64,000 nucleotides of DNA from IMG/VR virus record IMGVR_UViG_3300026549_000050, positions 51,302 to 115,301 of that record. One strand, 5' to 3'. Both the position numbers and the translations under genes were made by a program. The notes beneath the pieces were generated by a model. That model worked only from the letters and a program-made list of their open reading frames with translations. It searched no databases and was not told where the DNA came from. This DNA comes from a virus. Lineage: Duplodnaviria; Caudoviricetes. Positions 20,574 through 31,300 of the stretch are shown in pieces (the stretch's first letter is position 1; each line of letters opens with the position of its first letter).

Positions 20574-20768
20574 TTAAGGATTCATAGATTTTCCACAGTA
20601 AATGCAAATTCCATCTCTATATTCGTGAGAACAGATTGACCTTAAGTATTCATTATCTTCCATTAGTTGTAGAACTTCAGGCTGAAGAACAAATACAGAA
20701 GGGTCAAGCAAAGCTTCAATTTGTTTATTATTGAAGTTAATTTTGTCTTTAATTGCTTCTCCTGTCAT
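20574..20768 (-). CDS. Small Zn-ribbon protein
   Basis: 64 aa, CSH...CIYCG. Confidence 0.55.
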   Translation of the reverse strand: MTGEAIKDKINFNNKQIEALLDPSVFVLQPEVLQLMEDNEYLRSICSHEYRDGICIYCGKSMNP

Positions 20769-21880
20769 TATTTTACCTCCTCTCCACGATATTCGTAGAA
20801 ATCTTTAAATAGTTCATAGTTATTTTCTCTTACAAATTGAAATACATTACGTGCTAACTCAACGGGAATAACAGGGGGCTTTATATCATATTGTTTAGTT
20901 GAAGCCCTTACATAACTGTATAAAGTTTCGTATGGTGCAACACGTGAAAAATAACTACGTCCGTGTCTGGATTCTGAAATCATATGGTCATCATAGGTTT
21001 TAATCAAATCCATCACTGCTTTCCAACTATTATCTGTGAAAATACTATTATCATATATAAGTGGAAAAACTAGCCTTTGAGTACGTAAGTTTATTATATT
21101 TCGATAAACACGACGGATATTGTAATCTATTGGATAAGCATCTTGTAATGTTTCTGTTATATCAATAGATATTTGTCTACAAGCCTTTGATTCTTTAAGA
21201 ACTTCAGTTAATTCCAACGCGGTTTCATGTGAAATTAAATCGTTATAATGTAATGAGTAATATGTTCCCATTGGATTAATTTTTAGCCATTTGATTAATG
21301 TTTCTGGTTCATATATTTGTGCTGGAAACTTCATTCCCAGTCTACGCCCTGGTTTCCGATGTATTAATTGTAATATGTCGGGAATTATGTCTATGCAACC
21401 GTCGATGGCGGCCGGGTCATAGTCATGTAGTATAAGACCAAAACAATCTGTATCTTTTCGCAATTGTTTTTCCCAATCTTTCCACACCGTCGCGCCATCT
21501 AAGGACAATCGTATATGTTCTGCTCTACGCATTGTGTTAATAGCTGGTTTATAGTAAGCTGCAAATTGTTTAGGAATTGCTTTACTATATAAAGATATAT
21601 CTGGTCGCATTATTTCAATCTCGTATGGCATAGGTTTATATACATCACCGTTAAAGGCTTTGCCACCATATTCTATGTTGTATAAATTAAGCGGATAAGA
21701 TTGATTAGCGTAAAAGTCTTGACGTACTATAAAGTGATTATATTTATTTGGAGAAAAGTCGAGTGATAACCCGACTATTTCTCGTTTTCTTTTATAATAG
21801 GCTGATAGTTTCATGAGGTCGAGATTATAAAATGGAATTGGATAGAATTGCAAATCCGCATCGTATAGTCCATAACTCAT
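20768..21880 (-). CDS. Hypothetical protein resembling a degenerate phage radical-SAM-like protein
   Basis: N-terminal GLYDAD...NLDLMKLSAYYK and GG...MPYEIEIMRPDISLY resemble phage radical SAM proteins; no CxxxCxxC. Confidence 0.45.
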   Translation of the reverse strand: MSYGLYDADLQFYPIPFYNLDLMKLSAYYKRKREIVGLSLDFSPNKYNHFIVRQDFYANQSYPLNLYNIEYGGKAFNGDVYKPMPYEIEIMRPDISLYSKAIPKQFAAYYKPAINTMRRAEHIRLSLDGATVWKDWEKQLRKDTDCFGLILHDYDPAAIDGCIDIIPDILQLIHRKPGRRLGMKFPAQIYEPETLIKWLKINPMGTYYSLHYNDLISHETALELTEVLKESKACRQISIDITETLQDAYPIDYNIRRVYRNIINLRTQRLVFPLIYDNSIFTDNSWKAVMDLIKTYDDHMISESRHGRSYFSRVAPYETLYSYVRASTKQYDIKPPVIPVELARNVFQFVRENNYELFKDFYEYRGEEVK

Positions 21881-24800
21881 ACTTGTGTCCTCTCTATTTG
21901 AGTTTGAATATATCCTTTATCATCTATTGAAGTTATTAACTCTACCAAATGATGAGGAGTGTTTTTGTACTTCTTTGCAATATAATCACTATCTCGTCTA
22001 ATTCCGGTTACAATAATTTTATTACCTCGCGAAAGCCAAGATTTTTCAATTACCTTCTTTGTTCCGTCTGGTCTTTTTTCAGATACTTGTCTATCATAAT
22101 GAGTGAACGCATCACCAAATATTTTTACGGTAACTACGCTATCATTAGTTAATAAAGTTACAGTTTTCTTATTTTTATCTTTATCTAATACTGTACCAGC
22201 TATTCTACTAATTTTAAACAAAGGAATCTTTTGTCCCGTTTCTTTTGATTTAAACTCATAGTTAACGACTGGATCTTCCGGTAGTTCACTAAATTTAACC
22301 AAACCATATAAACCATTTTTTAGGTCGGTTAGTTCATGTTCGTGGATATAACAAGATATTGCATCCATTTCCCATTTACTAACAGTTCCTAAACAATATT
22401 TGTCCCATAAGTCTTGTCTTAGTCTATTATTAATGGCATTTAATAATTCTTCATTGTTTTTTTGAATGAATGGACGTATAATATCCATATGCTTTTTATA
22501 TATTTTATCCCATTCAGTCTGCTTAATTAAATAAAACAATCCATCTGTACTATCAGTTGATGGAATCAATAAATCCATATCAAAATGTTGACTATAGAAA
22601 TTTAATGCTATATCATCTAAACCGTAGTATACTTCTTTTTTAAACTTCTTTACATATTTGTTGAAGTTATAAACCTTGCATTGTAGTTCATATTCTTCTG
22701 GGATAAGATTAAAATCTATTAACATCTTCATGTTTTGAAGTGTTACTCTTTTCTTTTTGTCTGCAATTAAGTCAATATAAGTATTCATCGCATCTATGCG
22801 GTCGCCGCTGTATAGACCGTCAAAAGCGCCCGCCTTAATCAAATTAATCATTTGAGGCTTATTAATTTTTACCTTGTTAATAAAATCTTCAATTGAACTA
22901 TAAGGTCTATTGTCTATAATTTGACGCACTATTTCATCACCGACTTTAGTGATACCACTTAATCCGTATATAATTCTATTTCTATCTACGTCTGGCGCGA
23001 ATGTATATTTAGATTTATTAATATCGGTTGCAACAATTGATACACCTTCGTGTTTCATTTTACCTATGGCTATTGCTATTTTTCCATAATTTTTCTTAGA
23101 TACCTTCTTCCGTGTCGTGGCGGTAGACTCATCAGAATCGGTTTCTTCATCGTCATTATCGTCTTCAAAAACTCCCATTGATACATCATCAAAGGTTTCC
23201 CAATCAAAGTCTCCACTTGTTTCTTCGTCATTTGTGTCATCTCTTTCATTTCCTCCACTATCTGAGATTAAACAAGCGCAATCCCACAAAATCGTTGGAT
23301 AACGATAAGCAAGATTTAATTCTTGTAATCCAATTAGTGAATAAGCAAGCGTGTGAGATAAGTTAAATCCATAGCCTTTACTCATGGCAATTAATACGTT
23401 CCACACATAAGTACAAAGTTGCTTATTTAAACCCTTCTCTTTTATTACTTCAAAATACTCTTCGGTTAACTTCTCATATTCTGCTGGATTCTTTTTAGCA
23501 ATTGACTTTCTTAATTTATCCGCCCAAGTCAAATCAAAACCGCCAAGTTCTGGCAACTGTACTAATTGCATAAATTGTTCTTGAGCTATACATAAGCCAT
23601 AAGATACATCAAGAACTGGTTCTAATATATCTTTTGCCTCTTTATTTAATCCATATTTTTTTAATTCATAGTCCCAATCAGATGGGTGAGCCTTAAAACG
23701 CGCCAGTTTATTAACTGGCATTTCTCCTCCTTTTTCTGTTGCCATTAGACGAATTGCTGAGTTAAGAATCGCCAAGTCGTCTACTGATGTTGGTTTCATC
23801 GCGGCTATACCACTAATGCCAGATTGTTTTTCCATCTGGAATAAGCTCATTACCTTATGTTCCCAACACATCTGCCACATTTCTGGAGCTTCACGCTCAA
23901 GATTATAAATACCAATAATTTTTTCGTATGTTTCTTTTAATGTTGGTTCTGCCACTTCATAACCATATTCACATATGAGGTCAATACAATTATGAATTTT
24001 ATCTAAAGCCTCAACAGAGAGGATATCATATTTGATAAGTCCCGTATCTTCTGCGTCATGGAGGTCGAATTGAGTTATGATTTCACCTTTAGGTGCGCGC
24101 ATAAGCGCGGTTGATTCTGTGAATGGCTCATCGACAAAGATAACTCCACCCGCATGAATACCACAACCATTTATAAGTCCCTCAATTCCTTGAGCTACCC
24201 TCCATACTTCTGGATAGTTCTCTTCCATTTCTGTGCGGAACTGATAAGATGGCGCCATGTCATTATCGGGGTCACCATAGAATGTTTGCTTTAAACTTCT
24301 TTGTTGTCCTCTGTCTGCTTGAACGAATGAAGATAAGTAAGCAGATATGTCACTGTCAATTCCTAAGCCACGACAAGCCGTCTGGATTGCAGAACGAGCC
24401 TTTTCTGTCTTTAAAGTTAATACGTTAGCTACCCTATCTTCTCCATATATTTGACGAAAACTTTTTAATACGTCTGCGCGCCGGCCGCCCTCGATGTCTA
24501 TATCTACGTCAAGAACCGACACGCGCTCTGGGTTGAGAAATCTCCAACGTTTTGTTTGACTCTTTTCTCGAAGTGGGTTTATTTGAGTTATACCCAAAAG
24601 ATATAATAAGATAAATCCTACTCCAGAACCACGGCCGCATCCAACGAGAGTTCCTGCATCCCAACAGGCATCAATTATGTTTTGAAGATTTAAGAAGTAT
24701 GCACTCCATCTACTTCCGTTTACTTCAGAGGATATCCAAGTATCTTCAAGACACGCATTTATTTCATCATATGTAGCTTCATTCTGAAGAGTTTCATCAC

Positions 24801-25875
24801 TTTCAATTTTATTTATTATTGTATCAGCCAACCTTCTATCTTCCTCATATTTTGAGTCAAGAAAAGTTTGCAAATAAGGAATAAAAGATATATAATGTTC
24901 TTTAATCCAATTATTAGTTGTTATTTCTTTCCAATTTAATCTTGGAATCTTTAGTGGCTTTATTAATGAATAATCTTCGCACTTGTTTCTAATTTCTTCA
25001 ATTGTTTGATAGGCTTTCTGTATAATTTCTTCGCCTAGTGACTCTTCCATATAGTGATAAATCTCTTCATCGCTCATCAGATAAGTTGTTGCATAAAAAT
25101 CATCAACCTCTCTGTCTCCCTGTTGTGAGTTAAGAAAAGCCTTATGAATTGGTCTATCTTCTTTTTTCAAATAATGGGCATCATTTGTTATAATATATTT
25201 TACACCCATTTCATTTCCTAATTCTACTAATTTCTGATTAACATATATCTGGTCTTTATTAAACGATGGCTGCATTTCAAAATAAAAATCTTCTTTTCCA
25301 AATATATTTTGCATTTGTATAACCCATCGTTTAATTAAATCCATCGAAGGCGCACCTTCATCGCGATTACGAAGGAGTTGCGTTGGCAAACAACCACCAA
25401 GACAGGCCGTACTTCCAATAACGTGACCTGGGTTTGCTCCTATAATATCAATTAAGTCTTGATAATATGTTGGAACTCTACGCATACGGCGCGCAGTATA
25501 ACTACGCATCCAGGCGCGAGTTGATATTTCACGGATTTGTTTGTGGCCTTCTAAATCTTTTGCCAATAAAATGAAATGGAAATACCTATCCATTTCTTTT
25601 TTGAAGTTATTTCCATTTAATCCATTTCTAACCAAATAAATCTCATTTCCTCTAATGAGCTTAAAATTTGGATTTTTCTCTTTTATTTTATTATAATATT
25701 TTTCTGCACGAATAGAGCTTGCAATAGTATCATGCTCAGTAATCGCTACTCCACTATGACCCAGCTCAATTGCATAATCTATTAAACTTTCAACAGTGTT
25801 TATGCTATCGCGCAAACGAAAGTTAGAGAAGTCAGTATGGTTATGCAGTGACATAGGATAACTTAGTTTATTCAT
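21877..25875 (-). CDS. dnaE: DNA polymerase III alpha subunit (DnaE-type, family C)
   Basis: PHP domain (SLHNHTDFS, TEH, TNDAHY), GRGSG, DVDID, HAGG, GYGFNLSH, C-terminal OB fold. Confidence 0.95.
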   Translation of the reverse strand: MNKLSYPMSLHNHTDFSNFRLRDSINTVESLIDYAIELGHSGVAITEHDTIASSIRAEKYYNKIKEKNPNFKLIRGNEIYLVRNGLNGNNFKKEMDRYFHFILLAKDLEGHKQIREISTRAWMRSYTARRMRRVPTYYQDLIDIIGANPGHVIGSTACLGGCLPTQLLRNRDEGAPSMDLIKRWVIQMQNIFGKEDFYFEMQPSFNKDQIYVNQKLVELGNEMGVKYIITNDAHYLKKEDRPIHKAFLNSQQGDREVDDFYATTYLMSDEEIYHYMEESLGEEIIQKAYQTIEEIRNKCEDYSLIKPLKIPRLNWKEITTNNWIKEHYISFIPYLQTFLDSKYEEDRRLADTIINKIESDETLQNEATYDEINACLEDTWISSEVNGSRWSAYFLNLQNIIDACWDAGTLVGCGRGSGVGFILLYLLGITQINPLREKSQTKRWRFLNPERVSVLDVDIDIEGGRRADVLKSFRQIYGEDRVANVLTLKTEKARSAIQTACRGLGIDSDISAYLSSFVQADRGQQRSLKQTFYGDPDNDMAPSYQFRTEMEENYPEVWRVAQGIEGLINGCGIHAGGVIFVDEPFTESTALMRAPKGEIITQFDLHDAEDTGLIKYDILSVEALDKIHNCIDLICEYGYEVAEPTLKETYEKIIGIYNLEREAPEMWQMCWEHKVMSLFQMEKQSGISGIAAMKPTSVDDLAILNSAIRLMATEKGGEMPVNKLARFKAHPSDWDYELKKYGLNKEAKDILEPVLDVSYGLCIAQEQFMQLVQLPELGGFDLTWADKLRKSIAKKNPAEYEKLTEEYFEVIKEKGLNKQLCTYVWNVLIAMSKGYGFNLSHTLAYSLIGLQELNLAYRYPTILWDCACLISDSGGNERDDTNDEETSGDFDWETFDDVSMGVFEDDNDDEETDSDESTATTRKKVSKKNYGKIAIAIGKMKHEGVSIVATDINKSKYTFAPDVDRNRIIYGLSGITKVGDEIVRQIIDNRPYSSIEDFINKVKINKPQMINLIKAGAFDGLYSGDRIDAMNTYIDLIADKKKRVTLQNMKMLIDFNLIPEEYELQCKVYNFNKYVKKFKKEVYYGLDDIALNFYSQHFDMDLLIPSTDSTDGLFYLIKQTEWDKIYKKHMDIIRPFIQKNNEELLNAINNRLRQDLWDKYCLGTVSKWEMDAISCYIHEHELTDLKNGLYGLVKFSELPEDPVVNYEFKSKETGQKIPLFKISRIAGTVLDKDKNKKTVTLLTNDSVVTVKIFGDAFTHYDRQVSEKRPDGTKKVIEKSWLSRGNKIIVTGIRRDSDYIAKKYKNTPHHLVELITSIDDKGYIQTQIERTQV

Positions 25876-25910
25876 TCACGTTACTCCTTTATTTTATTCT
25901 TTATATTATA

Positions 25911-25939
25911 ATTATATCAAATTTTTACTATTTTGTCAA
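25911..25939 (-). promoter_or_regulatory. sigmaA-type promoter for dnaE
   Basis: TTGACA-17-TATAAT with TGA extended -10. Confidence 0.8.
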
Positions 25940-26157
25940 ATTGGTTTTGGCTCAAATTTATTATTACATAAAGTATTAATTTCATCGTCTTCTTCACACC
26001 AATCATTTGCATAAGGACAGTCCCACAGGGGTTGCCACTCATCGTTTTCAGAAAGTTTTATTATCTCATCAAGTGTATAGCCTTTACCAATATAAGGTTT
26101 TATATTTATTTCTTTTAGCTGGGTAGGTTGAAAATTTTTACAATCTTTACAAGTCAT
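25936..26157 (-). CDS. Small Cys-rich hypothetical protein
   Basis: MTCKDCKNF start just after the recJ stop (ORF track extends to 26235). Confidence 0.5.
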   Translation of the reverse strand: MTCKDCKNFQPTQLKEINIKPYIGKGYTLDEIIKLSENDEWQPLWDCPYANDWCEEDDEINTLCNNKFEPKPI

Positions 26158-26158
26158 A

Positions 26159-27913
26159 TTAAAACCCCAATGTATTGTCTTCAATTTGATAGTTAGATAT
26201 GAAGATTTGGCTGGTATAATTACCCATCCACTCATTTAAATTTGCTCTACCAACTACCTCCAATTTTACCTCGTTAAATTTATCAAGTTCAGCAATCATA
26301 TCTTTTGCATGGAATTTCATATAAGCAATTCCGAATTTTTCTATTTTAATTGTGTCTTGATTTTTACCCATAATTCTAATATCATTTTTAGTTATATTAA
26401 TATCTTTTATGTGAATTAAAGGCTCTGGATTACCCTGTCCCCAAAGATTTTCGTGTAAAGCGATATTCATAATTAAATCTTCAAGGTCTGTATCCGCTGC
26501 GATGCGTTCAAAGTTTACTTCATATGAGGACTCACCAAAATCTACATCAGCTAGTTCCTTATTGGCATATTCGTGAAAAGCTCCTAAGTTTTTATCATAT
26601 ATGCCAATTCCACAAGCATTATCGTGTCCTGCGGTAAAGGTAAAGAAACCACTCTTATCCATAAAGTCTTTAAAAGAAGTAAGTTCAGATTCGTTAAGTC
26701 CACGACTTGAGCCTTTAATTTCTCCCTCATCGTTTAGTCTGGCTACAATAGTTGGTTTTTGATATTTTGCCGCGAGCTTCATAGCACAAAGTCCATTGAG
26801 TTCAGGTGGGAAATCCTCATCATCAAGTCTGACAAATAAAATTTTATTTTCAAGCAAATTATATTTATGTATCTTAATTTCTAATGTTTCAACCGCTTTA
26901 TCAAGTATTCTATTTTGCTTAGCTCTTGCGTTGGTACACTCTCGCGCAGACTCGATAGCAAGTTCCTCCATAGTTCCTTTAGCACCACGCTTGTTGCTCG
27001 GTACCATTTTGTGTCCATCTATAAAAGCTTCAAAACATCTGTATTTTTCGTCTTCGGCGCCGGCGCGAATCATAGCATTAATGAGCGGAGTTATATAGAA
27101 AGCTACTGTTATTGGAGTAACCTTGTCACCCATTGAAAACGATTGTTTTTCGCATAGGGCTTTGAAGAAATAGTTATTTATATTTTTAAAACCAGTGTGA
27201 ACGATATACCGATTTTCAAGAGAAAGCATAGACATCATATCACTAACTATACCAAGTGCCGCGAGGTCGATATATTCATTTGCATAGTCTGTGCCATAGA
27301 AGTTATCCATATATCTACAGAACTGCCAAGTAACTCCTGCACCACAAAGGTCTTTATTTTTATATTCTGGAGAAAGTTGGTTATTAATGATTACTGCGTG
27401 GTCTGAGAACTTGGTATCAGGTTCGACAATATGATGGTCTAAAATTAGACATTTTACGCCGTCAGCGCCCAAGCGTTCGATATATTCATAATCATTACTT
27501 CCGGCATCGGGGATTACGACATATTTGATATTGTGTCCTTTATCAATTAAGGCATATATCTTTTCAATTGTATCTGACAAACCATGACCTTTTCCATCGT
27601 GTAGAATATAATCAAATTGTACTTTACTATTTTGTTTACGCATATACTGTACGAAAATAGATGCAGAAGTGAAACCGTCTACGTCACTGTCTGCTATTAC
27701 AACTATATAGTCATTTTCAGTTAATAGAACTACCATTTCATCAAACATTTGTGCGCCTTTTTCAATATGGTCTAAAAGTTTTGGATTTTGTAAGGCACTA
27801 TCGTCTGGTACGTTAAGGAAATAGTTTAGTTCATCTTGGGTAAGTCCACGCTCCATTAAAAGTTCGTTTGTATAGTTTTCTCTTATATCTTTATTCACTA
27901 ATTTGGTCTTCAT
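26159..27913 (-). CDS. recJ: RecJ-like ssDNA exonuclease (DHH family)
   Basis: DSDVDG, ILDHH, DLAALGIVSDMM, GSSRG, AGHDNACG motifs. Confidence 0.9.
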   Translation of the reverse strand: MKTKLVNKDIRENYTNELLMERGLTQDELNYFLNVPDDSALQNPKLLDHIEKGAQMFDEMVVLLTENDYIVVIADSDVDGFTSASIFVQYMRKQNSKVQFDYILHDGKGHGLSDTIEKIYALIDKGHNIKYVVIPDAGSNDYEYIERLGADGVKCLILDHHIVEPDTKFSDHAVIINNQLSPEYKNKDLCGAGVTWQFCRYMDNFYGTDYANEYIDLAALGIVSDMMSMLSLENRYIVHTGFKNINNYFFKALCEKQSFSMGDKVTPITVAFYITPLINAMIRAGAEDEKYRCFEAFIDGHKMVPSNKRGAKGTMEELAIESARECTNARAKQNRILDKAVETLEIKIHKYNLLENKILFVRLDDEDFPPELNGLCAMKLAAKYQKPTIVARLNDEGEIKGSSRGLNESELTSFKDFMDKSGFFTFTAGHDNACGIGIYDKNLGAFHEYANKELADVDFGESSYEVNFERIAADTDLEDLIMNIALHENLWGQGNPEPLIHIKDINITKNDIRIMGKNQDTIKIEKFGIAYMKFHAKDMIAELDKFNEVKLEVVGRANLNEWMGNYTSQIFISNYQIEDNTLGF

Positions 27914-28073
27914 TAATTTTCTCCTTTATTTTAATTAAAGTATCTAATATATCATAAATTGAACGCGCCATCATATAGATAAATCTATCTTGCCAAATAT
28001 CGCATCTTTCTGCAGTGCGTTCAAGTATTTCTTCCATATATTCTTTGTCTTCTAATAATCTTTCTCTAGTCAT
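27891..28073 (-). CDS. Hypothetical protein
   Basis: 60 aa, coupled between primase and recJ. Confidence 0.5.
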   Translation of the reverse strand: MTRERLLEDKEYMEEILERTAERCDIWQDRFIYMMARSIYDILDTLIKIKEKINEDQISE

Positions 28074-29120
28074 CTATCTTATTTTTACCCTCCTATTATA
28101 GAGTTTCCAAAAGACATCTGGACCCTTATCGGTAGGGCTGTCTTTTAACTCTAATAAATCTTCTCTATCGTATATAAATGAGAAATCAGCATAGGTTGAA
28201 TACTTTTTTCCCATTTGATATAGCTTGTTAAAATAATCTTCTTTACCAGGCTCTTCCTCTTTATCAAAGCAAATTACGATCTCTCGCGGATGCGCTGTTT
28301 GCATTAGAAGTTTCAAAGCGTGTTTGTTGAACTGGCTTCCGCATACTGCGGCAGAGCAGTTTGCGAAATCCCAGCCTTCCATTTGAAGCACAGACTTCTC
28401 TGCTTCGACCAAAAAACAAACACCCGTTCGTTTAATGTTTTCTTTAGTCCAATTTAGACCATATAGATTTAATGAAAGCGGATGGCTATACCATTTACCT
28501 TCAATTTGTACTGGAAGATATTTTCCTACGTTTTCAACCTCCCATTCGTTGAGGGCGCGCCCTCGAATACCAACAAGTTCTCCATCTGGATTATAGTGAG
28601 GTATTATGATTTTGTTTTGCGGTGGCGAATAGCGTATGTTAAATTTATCCATAGTCTTTTTTGTAATACCGTCGTTTAACCATTCTTTAGGATAGAACTT
28701 AGTAAAACATTCTATTAGTCCGTTTGGATATGTTGGTAATTTTACACGCTCGGGCGCCCTATACATATCACGTACACGTTGATACTTATTCGGCGCGAAG
28801 CCTTCGTTTGGTTTAAAGTTACTACAGTCAAGAATGACTTTATATATATCTTGATACCAGTCATAGTCAATATTCCGGTTGGTGTAATAGGTCTTGAGAA
28901 AGGTAAAGATATTCATCACGCCTTCCTCTGTATAGCACATAAACATATGACTATTGAAATAATAATATAGTTTTAAGCTTCCACCTTCTTCATTATGGCA
29001 TATGGTATTTGTAATAAAATATCCTGGTTTTTCAATTACTTCTTCTGCACCAAGCGCATATAATAATTCTTTTATTTTTTCAGGTTGTAATTCTTCAATA
29101 ATAGTTTTATAATCAATCAA
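28074..29120 (-). CDS. DNA primase (DnaG-like)
   Basis: Zn-binding CH...C region, IIIPH...GIRGR, TOPRIM LVEAEKS and CFD. Confidence 0.8.
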   Translation of the reverse strand: MIDYKTIIEELQPEKIKELLYALGAEEVIEKPGYFITNTICHNEEGGSLKLYYYFNSHMFMCYTEEGVMNIFTFLKTYYTNRNIDYDWYQDIYKVILDCSNFKPNEGFAPNKYQRVRDMYRAPERVKLPTYPNGLIECFTKFYPKEWLNDGITKKTMDKFNIRYSPPQNKIIIPHYNPDGELVGIRGRALNEWEVENVGKYLPVQIEGKWYSHPLSLNLYGLNWTKENIKRTGVCFLVEAEKSVLQMEGWDFANCSAAVCGSQFNKHALKLLMQTAHPREIVICFDKEEEPGKEDYFNKLYQMGKKYSTYADFSFIYDREDLLELKDSPTDKGPDVFWKLYNRRVKIR

Positions 29121-30687
29121 CTATTTCACCATTATTTAACCTTTCTATAATTACTTTTAGATGTTCATCTTCATGCTCATCCCAACTTTTAATTTTATAT
29201 TCGTCTCGTTCATTAAAACCTTCAATCGGGTCCATTCGAGAATCTGTTATGAATAAATCTCTCTTTTTAAGTGTGCCTAAATTCATATCAGACCAAATAC
29301 GAACTTGCGTCCATTCGCCACTTCTGACTTTAAATATATCAGTTACTAAATTAGGTTTATTCTCTGGTTTATTCTCGTAAAGTGGCTCTAATATCTCTAA
29401 TTCTTCTTTTGTTGGTCGCGCCATTATCGCACCATTATCTGCTTTATTAATTGTACTACGACCTCCCGCCAAAGCTCCTTCATTTCGTATGTCTTTGTTT
29501 TCATCACCTTTTGCATTTAACTGTGTTGATGTAAACATTGCTACATCTAATTCAACAGCTAAGTCTTTTAATGCAGTTGCAAACATTAATAATACTTCAT
29601 CATTTCTTAAAGCAAAACCTCTAAACTCATTTAACAATGACGGACCGATGAATACATAGTCATAAAATACATAACCTATATCGTGTATAATACAATTCTC
29701 TCTTACAATTGTTTTAACCGATTCAATTGTTGGGTTCGGCATTTTAACTAAAATTAAGTTTTCAGAAAACTTTTCCATCAAATGAATAGCTTGAGTTATT
29801 ACTGCTCTTTCTCTATCGGAGAAATCTGCATATTTAAATCTACTTCTATTTATATCAGTTAAATAAGCCAATATCATTAGTCTAACTTCTTTAAATCTTT
29901 GCTCTGTTACGATGAATAAAACTTTTTCGCTATTTCCCTCTTGTTCCCACTCACAAGTTGTAGAGTTATATCTAAAAGGATAAGCCAAATAACAAGCATC
30001 AGCTATTGCGTTAGAAGTTTTACCTACACCACTCGCGGCGGAACGTATAGTTAAAGTTCCTTTTTTAGCACCATCAATAACCTGGTTAAAAATAGAACCT
30101 TGTATTGATACTCCTATTTCGTAGGCGGCGCCGAGTTGACCAATCAACTCTTCCATTTTCTCTGCGGCGGATTCAACTTCTATTTCATCTGTAGTTTGAT
30201 ACTTGGCTTCAACGCCTAAAAGTTTCTTTCTAACCGTATCAGTTATTTGTTTCGGACTTAAGAAGTTAAAGTTTTCATTTATTTCTTGAGCCTTTGGATT
30301 AGTTAAATCTTCACAATAAAACTCGCCTATATCAAAACCTTGATGTTGAAGGTCTTTTAATAGGTTAAACATTTTAAATCTATTATAATAGAAGTCAAAG
30401 TTATCAACTTCTGATAATTCAATTATATCTTGTAAGTATTCAATACCATTTTTATCTTTAAAGACTTTCGCAGAAACTTGGTCTGCCTCTAAAAAGTTCT
30501 CTATATCTATAGGTTGTATCTTGGTTGCGCCGTTGCGATACAAACCATTAATCGCCATATATATAGAACGTTCAAATCTTGTTGGAAAGTCAGTTAAAAT
30601 AAAAGAATACTTATCAATTTCACTTAATATCTGCGGTCGTTTCATTAGACAACCGAGTATTTGTTGAGTATCTCTTTTATCAATCAT
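29113..30687 (-). CDS. Replicative DnaB-like helicase
   Basis: Walker A AASGVGKT, VFYDY Walker B, TSTQLN, KVRSG. Confidence 0.85.
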   Translation of the reverse strand: MIDKRDTQQILGCLMKRPQILSEIDKYSFILTDFPTRFERSIYMAINGLYRNGATKIQPIDIENFLEADQVSAKVFKDKNGIEYLQDIIELSEVDNFDFYYNRFKMFNLLKDLQHQGFDIGEFYCEDLTNPKAQEINENFNFLSPKQITDTVRKKLLGVEAKYQTTDEIEVESAAEKMEELIGQLGAAYEIGVSIQGSIFNQVIDGAKKGTLTIRSAASGVGKTSNAIADACYLAYPFRYNSTTCEWEQEGNSEKVLFIVTEQRFKEVRLMILAYLTDINRSRFKYADFSDRERAVITQAIHLMEKFSENLILVKMPNPTIESVKTIVRENCIIHDIGYVFYDYVFIGPSLLNEFRGFALRNDEVLLMFATALKDLAVELDVAMFTSTQLNAKGDENKDIRNEGALAGGRSTINKADNGAIMARPTKEELEILEPLYENKPENKPNLVTDIFKVRSGEWTQVRIWSDMNLGTLKKRDLFITDSRMDPIEGFNERDEYKIKSWDEHEDEHLKVIIERLNNGEIVD

Positions 30688-31208
30688 TCATCGTCCTCTA
30701 AATCATCTAATGCACTAAAATCCACTTCAAACTTACGAGGTTTAATATCTTCTTTTTTAACTATTTGTTGTTTTCTCTCTGCGGCGGCGCGCATCTGATA
30801 TTCAATCTCGTTAACAACACCTTTGCTTTCTTTTTCTCTTAAAGCCCAATAAGTACAGGACTCATTATATATATAAGGGATAATTCCAAAACCGCCATGT
30901 CCCTTATCCCAATCTCCATGCTTAATTTCATAAAAATATTTTAACGCAAAAAAGATGCCTTTATTCGTCATTTTGTGTTCTTTCACAAATTTCTCCCTCT
31001 GTGCTTCACACATATGGTAGTTGTATGAAACTTTGAGGTCGCGCGAGATAAAGTCATATATATATGCTTTATATTCGTTATCAGTAGCCGGAGTTGCCTT
31101 TTTCCAGTCTTGATAACATTTTCTGTGATAATACCAGTTTGTTACTGGCTTCACCCAATCATCGTGTTTTTTATCAATTTCTATATCGCAAATTCTACAC
31201 TTCGCCAT
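30684..31208 (-). CDS. Zn-finger replication-associated protein (possible helicase loader/inhibitor)
   Basis: CRIC...HRKC, GIIPYIY; lies between AAA ATPase and helicase. Confidence 0.5.
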   Translation of the reverse strand: MAKCRICDIEIDKKHDDWVKPVTNWYYHRKCYQDWKKATPATDNEYKAYIYDFISRDLKVSYNYHMCEAQREKFVKEHKMTNKGIFFALKYFYEIKHGDWDKGHGGFGIIPYIYNESCTYWALREKESKGVVNEIEYQMRAAAERKQQIVKKEDIKPRKFEVDFSALDDLEDDE

Positions 31209-31236
31209 TTAAAACTCCTTTCTATTCCTTTCTTAT

Positions 31237-31265
31237 ATTATAACAGAATTTGTAGAATTTGTCAA
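31237..31265 (-). promoter_or_regulatory. sigmaA-type promoter for the helicase/primase operon
   Basis: TTGACA-17-TATAAT with TG extension. Confidence 0.8.
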
Positions 31266-31269
31266 ATTT

Positions 31270-31296
31270 AAAAGAGTAGGCTTAACCTACTCTTTT
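31270..31296 (-). terminator. Intrinsic terminator
   Basis: AAAAGAGTAGG-CTTAA-CCTACTCTTTT. Confidence 0.75.
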
Positions 31297-31300
31297 ACAT

